A DNA stretch of 64,000 nucleotides from Sulfolobaceae archaeon (GTDB lineage Archaea; Thermoproteota; Thermoprotei_A; Sulfolobales; Sulfolobaceae): assembly GCA_038893355.1 (NCBI GenBank), contig JAWARQ010000001.1, positions 160,001 through 224,000 of the forward strand. The letters run 5' to 3'. Both the position numbers and the translations under genes were made by a program. This document shows, piece by piece, positions 58,195 through 64,000 of this stretch. The notes below the pieces were generated by a model. It was not told where the DNA came from. It saw only the letters and a list, made by a program, of their open reading frames with translations, and did not search any database. Positions within the stretch are counted from its first letter, which is position 1; each line of letters begins with the position of its first letter.

Positions 58195-58620
58195 TTATTC
58201 TTCTTCATTACTTTCTTTTCTTTCAGTTTCTGGGGATGTTATATCCTTTGCATACTCTTCAAGCTCTTTCTTATTATCATCATTAACATAATAAGATACT
58301 ATATAAACCTTTTTATCTATAAAATTATCATTGCTCCATTCATTTTCATAACTGATAATGTATAAAGGTAATTTTGCATGTGCAAAATTTTCATCCCTAC
58401 CTACTAAGAAATTCTTTACCGCCTCGTAAATTTCTGGTTTTAATGGTTTTGGAATTTTTACATCTTGCGTATCCTTCATGATTACAAAATCGGAAGTTGC
58501 TTCATTCCACTCTTTTAATGCTTTTGCAGCAACTTCTTTCAAAACTTCACTGAGTTTTCCTTCAACTATATTCTCAGATGTTATCCTACCATTCTCACTT
58601 TTTAGTATAATAATTTTCAT
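58195..58620 (-). CDS. Conserved crenarchaeal protein (DUF2286-like)
   Basis: KALKEWN..SDFVIMKD, LPLYIISYENEW. Confidence 0.65.
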   Translation of the reverse strand: MKIIILKSENGRITSENIVEGKLSEVLKEVAAKALKEWNEATSDFVIMKDTQDVKIPKPLKPEIYEAVKNFLVGRDENFAHAKLPLYIISYENEWSNDNFIDKKVYIVSYYVNDDNKKELEEYAKDITSPETERKESNEEE

Positions 58621-59117
58621 ATCTTAGCACCCGATTTATGTTCACCTATAACATATAAATAAATTACATGACTCATATTACCCTCTTCTACTTTAACCAC
58701 TTGTTTTGGTATCCAACCCTTTATTTCGAATTCATGTGATACAATCCTAGTCCCTGGTTTTAATTCGCTTTCTAATTTTGGCTTTAACATCTCATTAACA
58801 TTACTAAGTAGAAACATAGTTACTACTGTTGCTTCGGATATCGGTACTTCAAAAAAGTTCCCTTTAAGTATTTGCGCTCTAAACTCAACTCCATTCTTTT
58901 TTATATTTTCTAAAGCTTCTCTTATTCTTTCATCACTAATCTCAATTCCTACTGCCTTCTTTGCATTAAATTTCTTTACTGCAGTTATAATTATTCTCCC
59001 ATCGCCTGCACCTAAATCATAAACAATATCTGATGGTCCCACTCCAGCTATTTCTAACATTTTTTCTACTACTTTTTCTGGAGTGGGAACATAGGGAACA
59101 TGAGGAGTTATACTCAA
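58617..59117 (-). CDS. Crenarchaeal protein lysine methyltransferase aKMT
   Basis: PHVPYVPTP, YDLGAGDGR, VVTMFLL, RIVSHEF. Confidence 0.9.
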   Translation of the reverse strand: MSITPHVPYVPTPEKVVEKMLEIAGVGPSDIVYDLGAGDGRIIITAVKKFNAKKAVGIEISDERIREALENIKKNGVEFRAQILKGNFFEVPISEATVVTMFLLSNVNEMLKPKLESELKPGTRIVSHEFEIKGWIPKQVVKVEEGNMSHVIYLYVIGEHKSGAKI

Positions 59118-59139
59118 TCTTCACCACTTAATAAATGCC

Positions 59140-59457
59140 TTAACTTTCTAAGTTTTTAATTTTATTCAATGCATCTTCTTTTGCTTTAATTGGATCCGGT
59201 TCCAGAGTAGTCGTATTAAATGGCATCTGAGTCAAAATTGGTAGTATTTTATTATTGCTAGTAATTGCAAATAACTGTGGTAAAAATGGCATTCCAAATT
59301 CGTCTTTTTCTCCATATTCACTTAAAAATACATAATCTTCTAATTTAATTTCTTTCTCCACATTTAATTCAATAGAAAGTTCTTCTAAGATTTTTTTAAA
59401 GTACTTGTGATTTGGATGAGACTCTGAACTAACAAGTATTAGTTTTTTTATACTCAT
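59140..59457 (-). CDS. Conserved hypothetical protein
   Basis: EDYVFL..YGEKDEFGMPFLPQL; co-oriented with aKMT. Confidence 0.65.
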   Translation of the reverse strand: MSIKKLILVSSESHPNHKYFKKILEELSIELNVEKEIKLEDYVFLSEYGEKDEFGMPFLPQLFAITSNNKILPILTQMPFNTTTLEPDPIKAKEDALNKIKNLES

Positions 59458-59497
59458 TGAAAAGGAAAAAGTCTTATACTATAATAAATCTAGTGGT

Positions 59498-60097
59498 TTG
59501 ATGATAACAAGATTAAGAAAAATCGCTAAGAGAGTTCTTTCTCCCATAGCATTAGTTTTCATAAGGATAGGATTCTCTGCTAATCAAATAACTATTTTGG
59601 GGCTAATACTTTCATTTTTATATTTTTTGTTCTTATATTTTATAAAATTTTACATTATTTGCTTCATATTAATTCTTTTATCTGCACTTATGGATGCAAT
59701 TGATGGAGAAGTAGCTAGGATTAAGGGTACTGCAGGAGCCTTTGGAAGCTTTTTCGATTCAGTTATCGATAGGGTAGAAGATATAATTTATATTCTCCCT
59801 TTAGGCGTTTTAGGTGTTCCTTGGGAGATAGTATCTGGACTGATTGGTTCATCGTTATTAATTTCATATATAAGGGCTAAGGCAGAATCTTTAGGAATTA
59901 GAATGGAGGGAAAAGGTTTGATAGAGAGGGGAGAAAGAATAATAATTATTGCAATAGCAATACTTGTTTACTCTTATTCAAAAGTTATATTTGATATAAT
60001 ACTATATATTCTTTTATTATTATCTATATTTACAGTAATTCAAAGATTTAAGTACGTAATTAATAATATTAGGAGTAATAAAGCTGTAAGGGGTTAA
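59498..60097 (+). CDS. pgsA: CDP-alcohol phosphatidyltransferase (archaetidylinositol phosphate synthase)
   Basis: DAIDGEVAR..G.FFDSVIDR, SYIRAKAE, ERGER. Confidence 0.88.
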   Translation: MMITRLRKIAKRVLSPIALVFIRIGFSANQITILGLILSFLYFLFLYFIKFYIICFILILLSALMDAIDGEVARIKGTAGAFGSFFDSVIDRVEDIIYILPLGVLGVPWEIVSGLIGSSLLISYIRAKAESLGIRMEGKGLIERGERIIIIAIAILVYSYSKVIFDIILYILLLLSIFTVIQRFKYVINNIRSNKAVRG

Positions 60098-60992
60098 TGA
60101 CATTACATTCACTTACGCACATATTCATTTTCTTCATTATCGAGCAAGAATATACGATGTACTTTCTCCTTCTAAATTCATCTATAATTTCCTCAATATT
60201 CTGAATCCCTATTCTTTCAAAAATTAATTTAATTGTATCCTTTGGATAGCCTATATTAATTAAATAAGTTATATATGTTTTTATTTCTTCCTCTGATAGG
60301 TTTTCATTACTTTCTATTTTTCTTTTTATTTCTTCCATACAAGGGGGTGTGATTTTCCTTGTCTTAATCCCTAGTTTTTCCCTTAACTCCTCTAGTTCTT
60401 TGGATGATTCTAATGGTCTAATTAACTCTTTAAGTCTTTTTATTATTACATGTTTAATTAATTCTAATAATTTTTGTCTATTTAAATAAACTTTACCTTT
60501 ATATAATATTTGATTATATAGCTTTAAATTTTCATTTTTAGTATCTTTTATGATTTTCAAATATCTTATTACGTCTAAAGAATACGGTAATGTAATTACC
60601 TTAATTCTTCTATCCTCTAAGATCTTTATATTGATACTACTTTTAGTTACTGGAACTGATAACATATTACAAAATTCTAGGATATCATCGTCACTCTCTT
60701 GTTCCAATGCTCTTATAAAATTCTCTGCCTCCACAGTTGCAAATAATTCTTTAAGTCTCTCGTTCTGTGAAAGCGAAATAATTGTTACGAGAGTATAAAA
60801 AACTAATATACTCTTATTACCGTACTCTTTATAATTCTTTAAGTTCTTATCGCCCTTTCTGATATGTTCTAGTCGTTCTTTTGCAAGCTCGATTAGTGAA
60901 GAGTTAAGTATATCTGCAAATTTTAAACTACCATACTTCTTTATCTCCTCTTCTAAGTTTTTTAAGAAAGGATATTTATATAGGTCAATCAT
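60069..60992 (-). CDS. priL: DNA primase large subunit
   Basis: KYPFL N-terminus, PPCM and YSC..M..C..C..NP. Confidence 0.88.
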   Translation of the reverse strand: MIDLYKYPFLKNLEEEIKKYGSLKFADILNSSLIELAKERLEHIRKGDKNLKNYKEYGNKSILVFYTLVTIISLSQNERLKELFATVEAENFIRALEQESDDDILEFCNMLSVPVTKSSINIKILEDRRIKVITLPYSLDVIRYLKIIKDTKNENLKLYNQILYKGKVYLNRQKLLELIKHVIIKRLKELIRPLESSKELEELREKLGIKTRKITPPCMEEIKRKIESNENLSEEEIKTYITYLINIGYPKDTIKLIFERIGIQNIEEIIDEFRRRKYIVYSCSIMKKMNMCVSECNVINPLQLYYS

Positions 60993-61055
60993 TTACTATA
61001 TCATTTACTATAAACATTTAATTAAAAGACTAGTCTTTATCATTTGGAGTTAGAG

Positions 61056-62771
61056 ATGAAAATACTTGTAGCATCGGCATGGCCATATGTAAATAGCGTT
61101 CCTCATCTGGGAAATCTAATAGGCTCTATGTTATCTGCGGATGTCTTTGCTAGATATGCTAGATTAAAGTACGGGAGAGAAAATGTTATATTTGTAAGTG
61201 GAAGTGACGAGCACGGTACTCCGATAGAGATCGAGGCAATAAAGAGGAAGGTAGATCCAAAACAACTTACTGACCAGGCACATGAGTATGATAAGACTCT
61301 TTTTACTAAAGTCTGGGAGATTGAAATAGATAATTATAGTAGAACTGAAAGTGAGGTACATAAGGATTTTGTTAGGAAATTCTTGCTTGATATAAAAGAT
61401 TATATAAGGGTAGAGGAGGAAGAGTTACCATACTGTGAGTATGATAAGATATTCTTACCAGATAGGTTTGTGAGGGGTCAGTGTCCATATTGCGGATTTG
61501 AAGATGCTAGAGGTGATCAATGTGATAATTGTGGCAGATTACTGTCTCCAAAGATGCTCATTAATCCAAAATGTGCAATTTGTAACAATAAACCTAAATT
61601 AAGAGTTACTAAGCATTGGTTTTTCGACTTATCAAAATTTTCAGATAAAATAAGAAAATGGATAGAGGATTCACAAATGCCGGAAAATGTTAAAAATTAT
61701 ACTCTAAGCTGGATCGAAGAAGGTTTAAAACCCAGAAGTATAACTCGCGATAATAAATGGGGGATTCCAGCACCATTTGAAGGTGCAGAAGAGAAAACAA
61801 TATATGTGTGGTTTGAGGCGTTATTAGGTTATATTTCAGCTACTATTGAGTACTTTAAACTAATTGGGAAAGAAGATAAGTGGAAAGAATTTTGGTTTGG
61901 TAGTGATGTAAAATCGTACTATTTTATAGGAAAGGATAATATTCCTTTCCATACTATCATTTTACCTGCAATGTTGTTAGCTACTGGTAAGAATTATACT
62001 TTACCTACTATGGTATGTTCTACTGAATATTTACTTTACGAGGGCCAGAAATTTAGTAAGAGTAGGAAGATTGGGATTTGGATTGATGAAGCTCCGAAGA
62101 TAATGGATGTAGAATATTGGCGTTATGTATTAATAAGATTAAGGCCAGAAGAAAGGGATACTAGTTTTACATGGAGAGAAGCAATAAGAATAGTTAATAA
62201 CGAGCTCAACGATGACATAGGTAATTATGCAAATAGGGTATTAGTAATGATTAAAAGGAATTACCAAGGTAAAATACCTTCTACTAATTTACAATTACTT
62301 AAGGAAGAAGATAAGAAATTCATGGAAATTATTAAGGAAGCCCCAAAAAGGATGGGTGAATTATTTGAAAAAGGTAAATTAAAGGCTGGTAGTGAAGAAA
62401 TACTGAAAGTTGCCAGAGAAGGTAATTTATATTTAAATATTAGAAAACCTTGGGATCTTATACACACTTCACGAGAAGAGGCAGGAAATGTGTTAAATAT
62501 TGCTGCTAATTCTTTAAGAACAATCTCGATAATGTTATTCCCTATTATGCCGAGACATGCACAATTATTATATAGTATGCTAGGATTGGATGATATAGGG
62601 CAGGAAAATTGGGATTCTGCTAGCGAATTTAAACTAAAGGGCGGTGAGAGTATTGGTGAGATAAGACCGTTATTTACAAAACTTCCATTAGAGTTTGAAT
62701 CTAACATAAACGATTTATTGGAGAAGGTAAGGAAAGAAGTAGAAAAAAATAGACCTTCTTTATTGAAGTAA
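61056..62771 (+). CDS. metG: Methionyl-tRNA synthetase
   Basis: AWPYVNSVPHLGN, zinc knuckles, GKDNIPFH, KFSKS. Confidence 0.97.
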   Translation: MKILVASAWPYVNSVPHLGNLIGSMLSADVFARYARLKYGRENVIFVSGSDEHGTPIEIEAIKRKVDPKQLTDQAHEYDKTLFTKVWEIEIDNYSRTESEVHKDFVRKFLLDIKDYIRVEEEELPYCEYDKIFLPDRFVRGQCPYCGFEDARGDQCDNCGRLLSPKMLINPKCAICNNKPKLRVTKHWFFDLSKFSDKIRKWIEDSQMPENVKNYTLSWIEEGLKPRSITRDNKWGIPAPFEGAEEKTIYVWFEALLGYISATIEYFKLIGKEDKWKEFWFGSDVKSYYFIGKDNIPFHTIILPAMLLATGKNYTLPTMVCSTEYLLYEGQKFSKSRKIGIWIDEAPKIMDVEYWRYVLIRLRPEERDTSFTWREAIRIVNNELNDDIGNYANRVLVMIKRNYQGKIPSTNLQLLKEEDKKFMEIIKEAPKRMGELFEKGKLKAGSEEILKVAREGNLYLNIRKPWDLIHTSREEAGNVLNIAANSLRTISIMLFPIMPRHAQLLYSMLGLDDIGQENWDSASEFKLKGGESIGEIRPLFTKLPLEFESNINDLLEKVRKEVEKNRPSLLK

Positions 62772-64000
62772 TACATATGTTTTTACTGGTTCATATTTCT
62801 TACCTCTTCCTTCATAAAACTTGCTAAACATTTCGTAAAAGTGTAGTCGCATTGTTTGTATAAATACGACCAGTCCTTCTAAAGCTGTAGTTATTAAGTT
62901 TCCTATTAACAATATGACTATTGAAGCTGGATTAGTTGCAATAGAGAGAAGATTAAATGTAGAACCTGCTGCAATAAATGCTAAATAGGAGAATGCATAT
63001 AATACGTAATAATGTGCAAGTGCGAAAACTAAGATTCTTATAAAGGATATTGTATTAGATAATAATAATATTGCAGATTCAAAAGCACCTTCTATAAATC
63101 CTACTCCAACTGCCATTCCGGTTGTCATTTTTTCATGTTTCTTCAAAAGTATAGTCTTACCTATGAAATTATATAATAAGCCGAATACTGCTAAATATAC
63201 TGTAATCATTGCAATTACATTAGTTTGATTAGATAGATCTATAGAAGTTGGTGAGAAGATTACATCTTTAATTGCACCTAATACCATAACTTCTGTGTTA
63301 AAATAATTGTTCGTGAAGAACCCATATATGAATAGTATAAATGGTGCTGTATAGATTATTAAAATAGGCAATTTCTCTAGTACTGCAACTTCAAAGTCTC
63401 TCTTTCTGGTTACGTTTATCAGTCCCAATAGCGAACTTCCAAATAATGATATGGCACCAAATAATGCTACTAGGATTATAGAATTAATAATACTTTGTTG
63501 CCCACCAAAGGGTATTATTGGCGAGAGTACTTCTCTTATACTCTCAGGAAATGGCCATATATCATGTAAGGGACCATATGGTGCTGCTGGATTATTAAGG
63601 AGTTCTCGTAAGCCACCTACTGGTAATGAACCGAAGAATTCTCCTGCAATTAGACCAGTTATTATTGCGGCAATACTGGAATATATTAAAACTATTCCCA
63701 GATTCTTATTCGCCTCACTACCTTTTCTTTTTCCATAATAGTTATAAAACCATATTGCAAAAGCTAAAAGCAATAATGCATTTCCAACATCAGGGAACAT
63801 GAGCCCAAATATTATTGGGAATGTGAATGTTAGAAAAACTTCTGGTGATATGTCCCAATATGATGGTGTTCCATATAGTTCAAGAATTGATTGTAATGGT
63901 CTTACTAATGGAGGATTAGTAACATATGTTGGCGGTTGTTCTTCTTCATACTTTTTAGGCCAAGTATAACTTACTAATATTCCTTCTCCTTCTAAAGATT
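62760..64000 (-). CDS. atpI: A-type ATP synthase subunit I (5' partial)
   Basis: Frame open to the window edge; PPTY, YGTPSYW, SNTISFIR, RLHFYEMFSKFYEG. Confidence 0.93.
   Translation of the reverse strand, partial: SLEGEGILVSYTWPKKYEEEQPPTYVTNPPLVRPLQSILELYGTPSYWDISPEVFLTFTFPIIFGLMFPDVGNALLLLAFAIWFYNYYGKRKGSEANKNLGIVLIYSSIAAIITGLIAGEFFGSLPVGGLRELLNNPAAPYGPLHDIWPFPESIREVLSPIIPFGGQQSIINSIILVALFGAISLFGSSLLGLINVTRKRDFEVAVLEKLPILIIYTAPFILFIYGFFTNNYFNTEVMVLGAIKDVIFSPTSIDLSNQTNVIAMITVYLAVFGLLYNFIGKTILLKKHEKMTTGMAVGVGFIEGAFESAILLLSNTISFIRILVFALAHYYVLYAFSYLAFIAAGSTFNLLSIATNPASIVILLIGNLITTALEGLVVFIQTMRLHFYEMFSKFYEGRGKKYEPVKTYVLLQ

Overview
AT-rich chromosomal segment of a Sulfolobales (Crenarchaeota) archaeon. 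Most of it (1-41.9 kb and 55.5-64 kb) is core genome: two intron-containing tRNAs, rpl21e-rpo4-ksgA, the RNase P/proteasome/exosome superoperon, EF-2, IleRS, the S10/spc ribosomal protein cluster to secY-adk-cmk, the Ced DNA-import genes, PolB1, aKMT, PriL, MetRS and ATP synthase subunit I. The accessory part (42-55 kb) has five more tRNAs and a decaying 4.8 kb element integrated in tRNA-Asp (truncated integrase, frameshifted vapBC, intact nuclease-DUF2075 helicase). It also has a PTE lactonase, two K-turn small RNAs and a cluster of two RHH proteins, DUF1464, a nucleotidyltransferase, CitG and a phosphoesterase. Main leads: (1) a K-turn sRNA at 49905-49980 complementary to both strands of the 16S central pseudoknot (U3-like chaperone or atypical H/ACA guide); (2) ksgA, ileS and rpl14 have no ATG/GTG/TTG start, and two of them show GGTGA-N6-TTA; (3) an orphan CitG plus nucleotidyltransferase operon; (4) the intact helicase-nuclease cargo. 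All calls were made by eye; rRNA sequences are recalled from general knowledge and are not in the window.
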